Shown here: in pieces, positions 28,129-36,347 of the stretch
How the letters are laid out: every line of letters starts with the position of its first letter
Numbering within the stretch: position 1 is the first letter of the stretch
From: a virus
Taxonomy: Duplodnaviria; Caudoviricetes
Length of the DNA stretch: 48,057 nucleotides
Strand: one strand, 5' to 3'
IMG/VR virus record: IMGVR_UViG_3300014208_001444
Location: 1 to 48,057 of that record
The notes under the pieces: generated by a model
Told to the model about the DNA's origin: nothing
What the model saw: the letters and a program-made list of their open reading frames with translations, nothing else
Databases searched by the model: none
Program-made: the position numbers and the translations under genes

Positions 28129-28647
28129 TTACTGCTTCTGCATGGCCAGCGCCACCTTGAGTTTCTTTTCAGGCGACAGGCTGTCGAATTCCTTTTTGAC
28201 CCCGTCCGTTTCCGGCGCGGGTTCGATAATTCCTTTGCGCGCGGTCGGGATGGACTTTATGGCGGCTTCCACCTGCCTGGCCACCTCGCCCGCGATTATC
28301 TTCCCCAGTTCGGCTTTGCTCACGCCTTTCGGGGCTGCCGGTGCCGGTTGCGGGGCGCTCATAACCGCGTTCATGAGCATGGCTTTCACCTGTTCGGCGA
28401 TCGGAGCGGCCTGCCCACCCATCGCCGCTATCTTGTCCAACAGCGCCATTACCGGAGACAGCGCACCCATGTTGGGCGGCGGCGCGGCTTTCTGCGTTTC
28501 TGCGGCCTGCGGCGGGGTTTCCGGCTCGGCAGGCGGCGCGGCCGCTTCGGGCGGTTTCGGCTCCTCCGGTTTGGACGGCTCCTGAGCCGCCGGTTGTCCG
28601 TCTTCCTTCTGGCGGATCTGCTCTATCGTGATTTCATCGTCTGACAT
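28129..28647 (-). CDS. Nested in-frame scaffold protein (172 aa, MSDDEIT...)
   Basis: Internal AGGAGGAG RBS 5 nt before in-frame ATG 28647, just after the protease domain. Confidence 0.6.
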   Translation of the reverse strand: MSDDEITIEQIRQKEDGQPAAQEPSKPEEPKPPEAAAPPAEPETPPQAAETQKAAPPPNMGALSPVMALLDKIAAMGGQAAPIAEQVKAMLMNAVMSAPQPAPAAPKGVSKAELGKIIAGEVARQVEAAIKSIPTARKGIIEPAPETDGVKKEFDSLSPEKKLKVALAMQKQ

Positions 28648-29184
28648 GTTATCTCCTCCTTCGGATTCTTCGGCTGTGTGTCTGAGGGCTTTTGCTATAT
28701 ACCAACCGATCGCGCGTGCCTCTGGGTTTGCCGGGACCGACACCAGCGAGACTTCCACCAGCGTCATGCGCAGGATGACGTTCACCGTCCGCTCCAGTTC
28801 GGGCATGAACTTGCGTTCGCGCTCGAGTACCTGTCCGCGTATGGAAAACTTATTAAGCACGCCCTCTTTTATCTTCTGGATTATTTCCGGCTCGGTCTGT
28901 GAGATGAGCGCGTCTATGAGCAGGCCGTGCTGGTCGAATTGGACCTTGGTCACCTTGCCGATAGGCAGCTTCAAATCGTGGTTCAGGAGCACGGTCGAGT
29001 TCTGCAGTAAATCCAGCGAGGAACCCTGCAAAGCTTCTTCGGTTATGATGTCGCCCTGTAAATCCAGGTCGCTGGTCGCGGCGTAGCCGACAATGTGAAA
29101 CTCGCCGTTTTCCTCGACAGCCTTGATGAGCTGGATAGGGAACGTGAACGGGACTTTCCGCTGTGGAGTCGTTTTCGTTTCCAT
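28129..29184 (-). CDS. HK97-family prohead protease fused to C-terminal scaffold
   Basis: GYA.T..DLQGD, LLNH...PIG, FSIRG, EVSLVSVPANP; Pro/Ala/Glu-rich tail. Confidence 0.9.
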   Translation of the reverse strand: METKTTPQRKVPFTFPIQLIKAVEENGEFHIVGYAATSDLDLQGDIITEEALQGSSLDLLQNSTVLLNHDLKLPIGKVTKVQFDQHGLLIDALISQTEPEIIQKIKEGVLNKFSIRGQVLERERKFMPELERTVNVILRMTLVEVSLVSVPANPEARAIGWYIAKALRHTAEESEGGDNMSDDEITIEQIRQKEDGQPAAQEPSKPEEPKPPEAAAPPAEPETPPQAAETQKAAPPPNMGALSPVMALLDKIAAMGGQAAPIAEQVKAMLMNAVMSAPQPAPAAPKGVSKAELGKIIAGEVARQVEAAIKSIPTARKGIIEPAPETDGVKKEFDSLSPEKKLKVALAMQKQ

Positions 29185-29196
29185 GTTCTCCGCGAT

Positions 29197-29237
29197 AAAA
29201 AAAAGCGCTGCCGCCCGGTTAAGGGCTGACAGCGCTT
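29197..29237 (-). terminator. Intrinsic terminator immediately upstream of the protease gene
   Basis: AAGCGCTGTCAGCCC-TTAACC-GGGCGGCAGCGC followed by T8 on the minus strand. Confidence 0.7.
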
Positions 29238-29273
29238 CGAATGTGCTCGGCCGCGCTTGCTACACGTTGATTG

Positions 29274-29453
29274 TTAGTCCGCCGTGAGGCGGCTCAAATC
29301 CTTCCCTAAAAACGTTTCCTGCTTCCTGACCCGCATGATCTGTCCTTTGCTGAAGTGCAGTTCCACCAATCCGTAGAACTCACCTTTCTGCAGGGCGATA
29401 ATGAACTTCAAAAGCTCATCGTCAGCCTGGCCGGTTCCCTGCGGTTTCGTCAT
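29274..29453 (-). CDS. DUF2292/YezD-like small protein (start may be 29489)
   Basis: FYG.VEL.F..GQI..V.K.ET pattern; ATG 29453 lies 7 nt after a predicted -10, suggesting a leaderless mRNA. Confidence 0.6.
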   Translation of the reverse strand: MTKPQGTGQADDELLKFIIALQKGEFYGLVELHFSKGQIMRVRKQETFLGKDLSRLTAD

Positions 29454-29459
29454 GGTCAT

Positions 29460-29508
29460 ATTATGGCGCATCAAATCATCCTTGTCCATTAACAGTTCAA
29501 ACTGATTA
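29460..29508 (-). promoter_or_regulatory. Putative late promoter 2: CAGTT-TG-AACTG palindrome plus TGGACA-N17-CATAAT
   Basis: 26-bp exact repeat (29483..29508 = 37099..37124); sigma70-like spacing. Confidence 0.7.
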
Positions 29509-31914
29509 TTTACCGTCGGGCGCGGGCTGGATTGAGGCAGTCAGCGTCTTCTCTGAGTACAGGTCGCCGGGTTTGAGCTCGTAGTTAGAGACCAGCAACT
29601 CATACTTCGTCCGTGAGCCCAGCTGGTGCATACCGGTCCACAGCGTCTTCACGCGGTAGGTGTTAAACTCCTTAAACACCTTCTCTTTTTCAAGTTCGTA
29701 GCTCAACAGAAATTTCCCCTTGATTGTCCGCAGTGCGGGCAGGAGGCTCTCCTCCTGAAAGAACTTGGAGCCGTGCCGGCCCGCTTCCTTCGGCCAGTGC
29801 AGCGGATATGGCGGGTCGAGGTAGAACAAGGTGTCCTTCGAATCGTATTCCTTCACCGCGTCTTGCCAGTCCCATGAGTGCAGCAATACGCCCTTGAGGC
29901 GTTCCTGTATCTCCGGGAGGCGCTCGGCCAGGTGGATTTTCGCGCCCTCGCCGGAACTGCCGTGCCGCCTGACGCCTTCCCGTGCGTCCGCGCGGCCCCA
30001 GTACGTCGCCTTGTTGAGATAGGCGAACCGGTAGAACTTTTCACGCGCCGTTTCCGGCCGCCACTCGTAGAGCTTCTTGACCAGCGCGCGACTGATTATC
30101 CAGTCTCGCTTCTTAAGCCATTCCCAATCTGCGGTGGTCATGCCTTTTATAAACCGGTATGAGGCGATGATATCCGAATTGACGTCGTTTATGATCTCGA
30201 GGTCCGACCGCTTCTTGTGGAACAAGACCTGCGCCCCGCCGCAGAATGCCTCAACGTAGTTCTTGTGTTCCGGCAGGAAGCCGACCAGCTTCTTGCATAG
30301 GCGGAGTTTCCCGCCCGGGCTCTTGAACGCGCCCCGGATTTTCTCCAGCCTCGCCTCGTCTTCCAGGTGCGGCAGAAGTTCCGGCTCCTCCAATTCGCAG
30401 CCCTCCGGCGCGATTTCCAGCTCCTTGCCGATGTATAGGTCCACTTTCTGCAGCGGGAAATTGGAGACCAGTATCTCGGTCACCCATTCCTGGTTGCCGC
30501 CCGGCCCGCGCATCTGGTTGCGCCGCCGAACCTTGTAGACGTTATAGCCCTTGAAAGAATCGGCCTGCTCCACCGGGTATGACACTATCCATTTCGCTTT
30601 CAGCGACTTGATGGCGCGCTTAAACTCGGCGTCGTCGAAGCCGAAGTCGAATAGGTTGAACTTACCGGGATATGGCGGGTCCATGTAGAAGAACGTGTCC
30701 TGCCCGTCGTAGTCCTTGAGAATGTCGCGGTAGTCCTTGTTATGAACGGCGGCATTTTTAAGCCGGGCTTGCGCCCGCTCTATATTGGCCGGGAAGTCTA
30801 TCCGGACACCGGCGTTGGCGTGATTAAATGATCCGCCCCGCATTTTGCCGTAGGACGACCTGGTCAGGTAGAACGATTTATAAAACCGGTCGCGGTCGGT
30901 GGCGGGCTTCAGCTCTTTCAGACGCTCGTGCGTTTTCTGGTGGATCACCCAGTCGCGCTTGGCCAGCGCCGATCTGTCATCGGGAGAATGGTCGCGTATA
31001 AACTTATGCATGAACGCTATCTCGGCGTCGCGGTCGTTTAGCACTTCCTGCGGCGACGGGTCCTTGGCGTATAAAACCGCCGCGCCCCCGGCGAACGGCT
31101 CGACATAGGTTTTATGATACGGGATATAAGAAGCTATCTTGTGGGCCAGGAAGCGTTTCCCGCCGTAGGAGCCGAACGCCTGCCGTACGCCCTTCATATA
31201 CTCGGTGACGAAATGCCAGATGTCCGTTTCCCGGAGCAGACCGGCGGCGCGCGCGGTTTTGAGCGTCTCCCCGACCGTCATAACGGGCTTTGAGCCCGGC
31301 ACGCTCGTTATGTCCAGCCCGGCGGCCGACAGCGCGAAGTTGCCATCGTCGCGCCTGCACAGGATAAGGCTTTCGCACTCCACGTCCAGTATATCGCCCG
31401 GCTCGGGCCACGGGCCCGCACCGGCGGCATGGCCGATCTCCAGCCACAGCTTGCCGTTTAGGGATCGTATGGGCTCCGGCGCGGCTTTCATGTTCTGGTA
31501 ATCCAAACCGAAGTAAACGTCGCGCGTTTCCGGCAGGTAGCCGTCCTCCACGCGCGTTACGATGGCCCGCATGACGAACGAGCGCGGCTTATCCGCCGCC
31601 GCGAGCGGGTCATCGGGCGTGTCCGGATCGTTCATTTCCGTGTGCCTGCGGGTCTCCGCGTCCAGTGCGTCGTTGAGCGTATGGGCGAACCCGCGCAGCG
31701 CCATCTCGGCGCACACCTCGGCGTGCAGGTTTAGGAGATCCGGCAGTTGCCACTCCCTGCCTCCGGTCTGGTAGACCGGGTGGCCCGCGCGTTTCATGGC
31801 CCACGCACTGTGCAGGATGAAATCCATAGACAGCAGCTCCTGTGCCGCCAAATCGGCCGGAGCCGTGTTGAACAGCTCGCCGAACTCGGCTAAGTCGCTT
31901 TTTAGAACGTTCAT
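29506..31914 (-). CDS. Tandem two-domain Dam/D12-class DNA adenine methyltransferase with ~240-aa N-terminal extension
   Basis: Two sets of GGK...YVE.F.GG..V...ND...DPPY; ATGA overlap with the portal stop at 31911-31914. Confidence 0.88.
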   Translation of the reverse strand: MNVLKSDLAEFGELFNTAPADLAAQELLSMDFILHSAWAMKRAGHPVYQTGGREWQLPDLLNLHAEVCAEMALRGFAHTLNDALDAETRRHTEMNDPDTPDDPLAAADKPRSFVMRAIVTRVEDGYLPETRDVYFGLDYQNMKAAPEPIRSLNGKLWLEIGHAAGAGPWPEPGDILDVECESLILCRRDDGNFALSAAGLDITSVPGSKPVMTVGETLKTARAAGLLRETDIWHFVTEYMKGVRQAFGSYGGKRFLAHKIASYIPYHKTYVEPFAGGAAVLYAKDPSPQEVLNDRDAEIAFMHKFIRDHSPDDRSALAKRDWVIHQKTHERLKELKPATDRDRFYKSFYLTRSSYGKMRGGSFNHANAGVRIDFPANIERAQARLKNAAVHNKDYRDILKDYDGQDTFFYMDPPYPGKFNLFDFGFDDAEFKRAIKSLKAKWIVSYPVEQADSFKGYNVYKVRRRNQMRGPGGNQEWVTEILVSNFPLQKVDLYIGKELEIAPEGCELEEPELLPHLEDEARLEKIRGAFKSPGGKLRLCKKLVGFLPEHKNYVEAFCGGAQVLFHKKRSDLEIINDVNSDIIASYRFIKGMTTADWEWLKKRDWIISRALVKKLYEWRPETAREKFYRFAYLNKATYWGRADAREGVRRHGSSGEGAKIHLAERLPEIQERLKGVLLHSWDWQDAVKEYDSKDTLFYLDPPYPLHWPKEAGRHGSKFFQEESLLPALRTIKGKFLLSYELEKEKVFKEFNTYRVKTLWTGMHQLGSRTKYELLVSNYELKPGDLYSEKTLTASIQPAPDGK

Positions 31915-33992
31915 TTTTCCTCCAGTATTGTAATCCACGTGCATCTGCAGTTCGGATGCGCGGGCAAGACGTCTGACGCCTCGTCTATCTCCATGATTTT
32001 ACCGAGCTTGTCACCGGGCGCGGACTCGGCCGCGTCCACGCAGTCCGGACACGCGTCCGGAGACAGAAGCCACTGCACGCGCTCCACCGAGCCCTGCCGT
32101 AGCGCGTCCAGATTCCCTTCGTTGTATGCGCGGTTGGCTTCGGTGCGGGCGATAATCTCGGCCGCGTCGGCCCGACCGAGTTTGCGGACACCGCCGGCCC
32201 GGATCACGTTGCCGTCCGCGTCCAGAACGGGTTTCACGTTTATGGAAGCCATCGTGTCCAGTTGGCTATCCACCCGCGCCATCAGCTGCGGAATGGTTTC
32301 GCTGGCCGCGATTCCCTCTATGAGCGCCTGCCGCAGGCCAGCCTGTATGGCCTGGGAGACGTGCCCGGCCAAGGCGACGGAGCTGGCTTTGATCTTCTCC
32401 TGCAGTGCGCGGCTCAAATCGTCAACGTCCTCTATTCCGGCCCGCCGCGACGATAATTGCAGTCCTTTGCGCGCCGCCTCCAGAGAGAAGCGTTCCACGA
32501 TGCGGGCTATTTTGTTGCTATCCACTTCTTCCAGCAGGACCTCGATATCGTCCAGCTGCTTGGCGGCCTCCGGGGCGGCCGCCTGCCGGAACGCCAGGCC
32601 GCCGCAGACGCTGAACGAGGTAACGAACGGCAGTTTTACGGCTTTGACCTTTGGCAGGATCGCCTCGCGGTTCAAATGCGGCAGTTTTTCCGCGACAGCG
32701 GACTTTATATCGCGGAACAGCCGCGCAAGAGCGTCCGCGAACCTGTTCTCTATGGCGACGACCTCGCGGGTGGCGTTTACGATGGTTTCCTGCGGGCCGA
32801 GCGATTTCTGTATATCCGGCATGCGCGGCGCGACCAGTCTGCGGACCTCCTCGGGTGTGAACACGCCGTTCTGCAGGTAGATGCCGAATATCTCAGCCTG
32901 GTCTTTCTCGTCTATCGCGCGCTTGCTGAACTGGAACGACCAGTCCGTTATGCCGAAGCCCTGCCGGACTATATGCTTGTTGAGCTTCTCGGCCACGCGC
33001 ATCTGGAACGGCAGAATGGTTTCCTCGTAAAAGGTCTGGGTCTGGTGGTCGCCGGTGCCCGCGCCGATGTTCCCGGTTTCTATGATGGACACTTTGCTGG
33101 GCGGTACGCCGTAGACCGCCAGTATCTCGTTGCGGGTGAACTCGCGGAGCTGCAGGAACTCCATGTCCTTCTGGTTCACGCCGACTTGCTTAAACTCTAT
33201 GTCGCCCTCAAGCACGAGGTCCGCGTGCGCGAGTTCCGGGTTCTTGGCGCGGACGTTCAGGTATGCGCGGTTGCGCTCCACCTGCTCCGGGGTGGCGTCC
33301 TTCATGATGAACGCGCCGCGTATCTTCGCGCCGTTCACGAAAAAAGCGCGGTTATAGACCTGCGCGAATTTATCGACCGCGATCGGCAGAATAAGCGAAG
33401 CCAGCGGGGAAAGGCCGTACAGGGTAGCCCCCTTGGTTCCCAGTTTGAAGTGGATTACTTCTCTGGTCTCGAATCCGACCTTTCCCTCCTGGCTCCGCGA
33501 ATATCTCGGCGACTGGACGTAGCCCAGTATCGCGCCGTGCTCGTCCGCCCGCACGCTCATGGTGGTCGCGTCCAGGTTCCAGATCTCGCGCGGCTTGCCG
33601 TCCGCGCCGTAGACCACCTCCACAAACGCGTTGCCGAACACATAGACGTCGCGCGTTATGTCGTCCAGTATCTCCAGGAGCGTGTCGTTCGGATTGCAGT
33701 TGGCGAAGAAGTCCTGCAGAGCCTCGGCGCTCTTGGGGTCCGCGCCCGGCTTGGCCGGTGTCAGCGTGTAGCCGCGCGCCGTGACCGCCTTGCAGATGAC
33801 GCCGACCACCGCGCGCACCCATGACGTCTGCTCGTACATCCGGTTGAATATCTCGAAGTCGATGTCCGGCAGTATTCCCTCTTCCAGCGAAACGCCGGGG
33901 ACATGTGAGATGATCTGCTTTGCCGCTTTTTCTATCTCGTCGCGTATGACCGAGCCGAACAGCATTTTGACAACTGAAGACCCTATGCTCAT
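31911..33992 (-). CDS. HK97-family portal protein fused to a C-terminal MuF (Mu gpF/SPP1 gp7-like) domain
   Basis: GNAFVE, EVIHF...YGLSPL, KDMEF, YGVPP; then IARTE.NRAYN.G...C..C...PAHPNCRC. Confidence 0.9.
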   Translation of the reverse strand: MSIGSSVVKMLFGSVIRDEIEKAAKQIISHVPGVSLEEGILPDIDFEIFNRMYEQTSWVRAVVGVICKAVTARGYTLTPAKPGADPKSAEALQDFFANCNPNDTLLEILDDITRDVYVFGNAFVEVVYGADGKPREIWNLDATTMSVRADEHGAILGYVQSPRYSRSQEGKVGFETREVIHFKLGTKGATLYGLSPLASLILPIAVDKFAQVYNRAFFVNGAKIRGAFIMKDATPEQVERNRAYLNVRAKNPELAHADLVLEGDIEFKQVGVNQKDMEFLQLREFTRNEILAVYGVPPSKVSIIETGNIGAGTGDHQTQTFYEETILPFQMRVAEKLNKHIVRQGFGITDWSFQFSKRAIDEKDQAEIFGIYLQNGVFTPEEVRRLVAPRMPDIQKSLGPQETIVNATREVVAIENRFADALARLFRDIKSAVAEKLPHLNREAILPKVKAVKLPFVTSFSVCGGLAFRQAAAPEAAKQLDDIEVLLEEVDSNKIARIVERFSLEAARKGLQLSSRRAGIEDVDDLSRALQEKIKASSVALAGHVSQAIQAGLRQALIEGIAASETIPQLMARVDSQLDTMASINVKPVLDADGNVIRAGGVRKLGRADAAEIIARTEANRAYNEGNLDALRQGSVERVQWLLSPDACPDCVDAAESAPGDKLGKIMEIDEASDVLPAHPNCRCTWITILEEK

Positions 33993-34732
33993 AAAATTAC
34001 TCCTTGCTGAAAATCAGCGGGGTTTCGGAACCGCCCCGAACCCTTGAGATTGGGTATCTCACGGCTCTCTCTTGAGCCCTCCCCCGCGTCTATCCACCAT
34101 TTAAGGTCGCCGCTCTTGGGGTAGGCCGTCCGCCAGTTAAACGGCGACTCCCTGAGCAACGCCTTCCTGAGCTTGTGGGAACACATGAACTTGCAGTAGC
34201 GGAACTGGTAGCCCGATATCTTCATGAGCCCCATTTTCCGCGTAAATTTATTCTCCCGGGTACCGTAACGGGTTATCAGCAGCCGGGGATGGACCACCTC
34301 GCCTTCCGCCGTCCGGTAGAACTGGCTCTTGATGAACCCGCCGTAGAGCCAGCTCGCGGACTGGTACACATAACCCGGCTTGCCCCTGAGGCCGTCAGCC
34401 CAACTGAACAGAACTTTAACGTTCGGAAAGTCCTGCTGTATCCACTCCGCGCACATTTTAAGGAACCGGCTCTCGGTGTTGCGCGGCATCTCGTCCAGGA
34501 CGCAGAACCTGTTTAATTCCAGATAGTCATTCACGCCGAGAGACGGGAATAATCTGCGTATGGTGTGCATCGGCCTTGTGCCGAATCCCCATAACGCCAC
34601 GCCCACCAGCTTGCCGCCGTTGAACAGGCCGTAAGTCGCCTTCGTGATGGGCGGGCAGATGACGGCGTAATGATGGTCCGCCACGAACTGTTTGCCTGTC
34701 GCGTTGTCTACGGGCCTGACGCTTAAATCCAT
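33989..34732 (-). CDS. mom: Mom-family (GNAT-like) adenine hypermodification enzyme
   Basis: HHY, G.LVGVA.WG, LELNRF...PRNTESRFL, SWAD...G..G.VYQ.A.W.Y.G, YPK; AGGAG RBS before ATG 34732. Confidence 0.78.
   Translation of the reverse strand: MDLSVRPVDNATGKQFVADHHYAVICPPITKATYGLFNGGKLVGVALWGFGTRPMHTIRRLFPSLGVNDYLELNRFCVLDEMPRNTESRFLKMCAEWIQQDFPNVKVLFSWADGLRGKPGYVYQSASWLYGGFIKSQFYRTAEGEVVHPRLLITRYGTRENKFTRKMGLMKISGYQFRYCKFMCSHKLRKALLRESPFNWRTAYPKSGDLKWWIDAGEGSRESREIPNLKGSGRFRNPADFQQGVIL
34016..34087 (-). ncRNA. tRNA-Gly(CCC)-like cloverleaf embedded in the 3' end of mom
   Basis: GCGGGGG AG GGCTC-AAGAGA-GAGCC G TGAGA-TACCCAA-TCTCA AGGG TTCGG-GGCGGTT-CCGAA ACCCCGC T; near-canonical arm lengths, non-canonical D and T loops. 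Confidence 0.65.
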
Positions 34733-34742
34733 GTCATCGCTC

Positions 34743-36098
34743 CTATTCGTCCAAATCATCCGAGAACGATATCCTCGGTTCCATGCGCTGCGCCTGCACA
34801 CCCTGCAGCGCCAGCCAGAGCGCGTCCAGCATATCGTCCGAACTGTGCGGGAAGTGCAGCAGCTCTTCCTCCATCTCCGGCATGGTTTCGCGCGGCAGGG
34901 TGATGACGCCGTTCTCGAACAGCGGGGCGAGGCCGCGCAGGCGCGCGTGCTTGTCGCCCTGGGTGCTTATGGCCTTTATCGGCAGCATCTTGGTCTCAGG
35001 GTCCGTGCGCAGCGATTCGATGAATGCGCTCTGATACCCGTTCGACTCTATGCTAATAAGCCGAGGATGCCTGTGCCGGTGCAGACGCTTGACCGCCTTC
35101 AGCTGCTCATTGAACGGGATGCGGCCGCGATACGCCTCTATAATGAAAGAATCCCCGGCCTTGTTGACTCCGATTACGCAGTACGCGAACCGGGAGTTGG
35201 ACTCGCGTCGGCCAATGGCGAGGTCCACGCCCGCGAATACTGTAAGATCGTCTGGCAGTCTGTCATATCTGCCCGATTCCAGCCACGCCAGCTTGAAATC
35301 CGCACCCTCCTGGCCTGACGGGTCGTTCAGGTACAGGCAGTTATAGGAGGCCGCGCCCAACTGGGCCCGCTGAAGGGCCAGCTTCTCCGCGCTGAATTTC
35401 TCCGGGAACAGGATGTGCTTCTTCCCCGCCTCGTCATTCCATTCGGCGGCAAGGTTTATGACTTTCCAGTTGCCGTAGCCAGGGTCGTTCTTCAGGAAAC
35501 CCGCGATATCGTCCGTGTGCCAGCGGGTCATGACCACCACTATCTGCCCGTCGTTATCGAGCCTCGGCAGCAGGTCGCGTTGAAACCAGCGGATTACCTT
35601 CTGCCGCTGATGCGGAGTCATGGTGTTGCGGTTTGAGCACGGATCGTCTATGACTATAAGATTCGGATGCTGGCTGACCACCGTGCCCAGGACAGATGCC
35701 ACCGCTATGGACGGCTCCTTGCGGATCTCCGTGCGTGGAATCTGAACGCGTTCCTCCGTCCAGGTGTCAGCCGTCAGGTCCCAATGGCCGTATCGGTCGC
35801 GGAACCGCTCGTTCTGCGTCAGGTGGCCTTTGATCTCCCGCATGAAGCCTTTGGCGTTGTCTAAAATCTCGTTCACCAGCAGAATCCGCATGTTATGGTC
35901 CTCGGCCAGCCGGAACAGCGGGTAGGCTATTGTGCAGGCCGTGGTCTTCAAGTGTCCGACCGGAGCGAGCAGCAGGATAAACTGCTCCCGCAGCAGCGTG
36001 TCGAACCACGAAAGGTGCAGCTCGGTCAATTGGCTGTAGCCCAGGACGTCCTTGGCGAAGAAAAACAGCTCTTCCAGTCGCTGCGCGTGGGGCTTCAT
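34743..36098 (-). CDS. terL: Terminase large subunit
   Basis: APVGHLKT Walker A, LIVIDD Walker B, MTRWH..D, GVDLA, DDMLDA nuclease residues. Confidence 0.92.
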   Translation of the reverse strand: MKPHAQRLEELFFFAKDVLGYSQLTELHLSWFDTLLREQFILLLAPVGHLKTTACTIAYPLFRLAEDHNMRILLVNEILDNAKGFMREIKGHLTQNERFRDRYGHWDLTADTWTEERVQIPRTEIRKEPSIAVASVLGTVVSQHPNLIVIDDPCSNRNTMTPHQRQKVIRWFQRDLLPRLDNDGQIVVVMTRWHTDDIAGFLKNDPGYGNWKVINLAAEWNDEAGKKHILFPEKFSAEKLALQRAQLGAASYNCLYLNDPSGQEGADFKLAWLESGRYDRLPDDLTVFAGVDLAIGRRESNSRFAYCVIGVNKAGDSFIIEAYRGRIPFNEQLKAVKRLHRHRHPRLISIESNGYQSAFIESLRTDPETKMLPIKAISTQGDKHARLRGLAPLFENGVITLPRETMPEMEEELLHFPHSSDDMLDALWLALQGVQAQRMEPRISFSDDLDE

Positions 36099-36308
36099 AG
36101 GGCTTCCTGTTCCGTACGAAAAAAATAGGGCTTTGTGCGAAGAACGGGCGAGGCGATTCCCCGAAGGGTGTTTCGTACAAGTAAAAATAGCCTGAACCGC
36201 TTTTCAGCGTGCGAAATAAAAGCGTAGGGGGAGCATGCGCGCTTTGGGCCGGTATTTTTACGCAAATTCTCCGGGGCCGTCCGGAGCGCGGTTCTCCGTC
36301 GGGGAAAC

Positions 36309-36337
36309 ACTGAACATAATGGCGCATTATGTTCAGT
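36309..36337. other. Symmetric dif/loxP-like site: ACTGAACATAA-TGGCGCA-TTATGTTCAGT
   Basis: Perfect 11-bp inverted arms matching the E. coli XerD arm TTATGTTAAAT at 9/11; 7-bp asymmetric centre. Confidence 0.55.
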
Positions 36338-36347
36338 GAATCGCGCG

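Noticed and set aside
32457-33824. Long plus-strand ORFs (e.g. 455 aa here, 31939..32880, 23861..24706, 40288..41091)
   Set aside because: Antisense shadows of well-supported GC-rich minus-strand genes.
34053-34069. GAGAGCC-GT-GAGATACC as a second Com-type site
   Set aside because: Imperfect spacing and fully explained by the D and anticodon arms of the tRNA-like fold; not excluded but unsupported.
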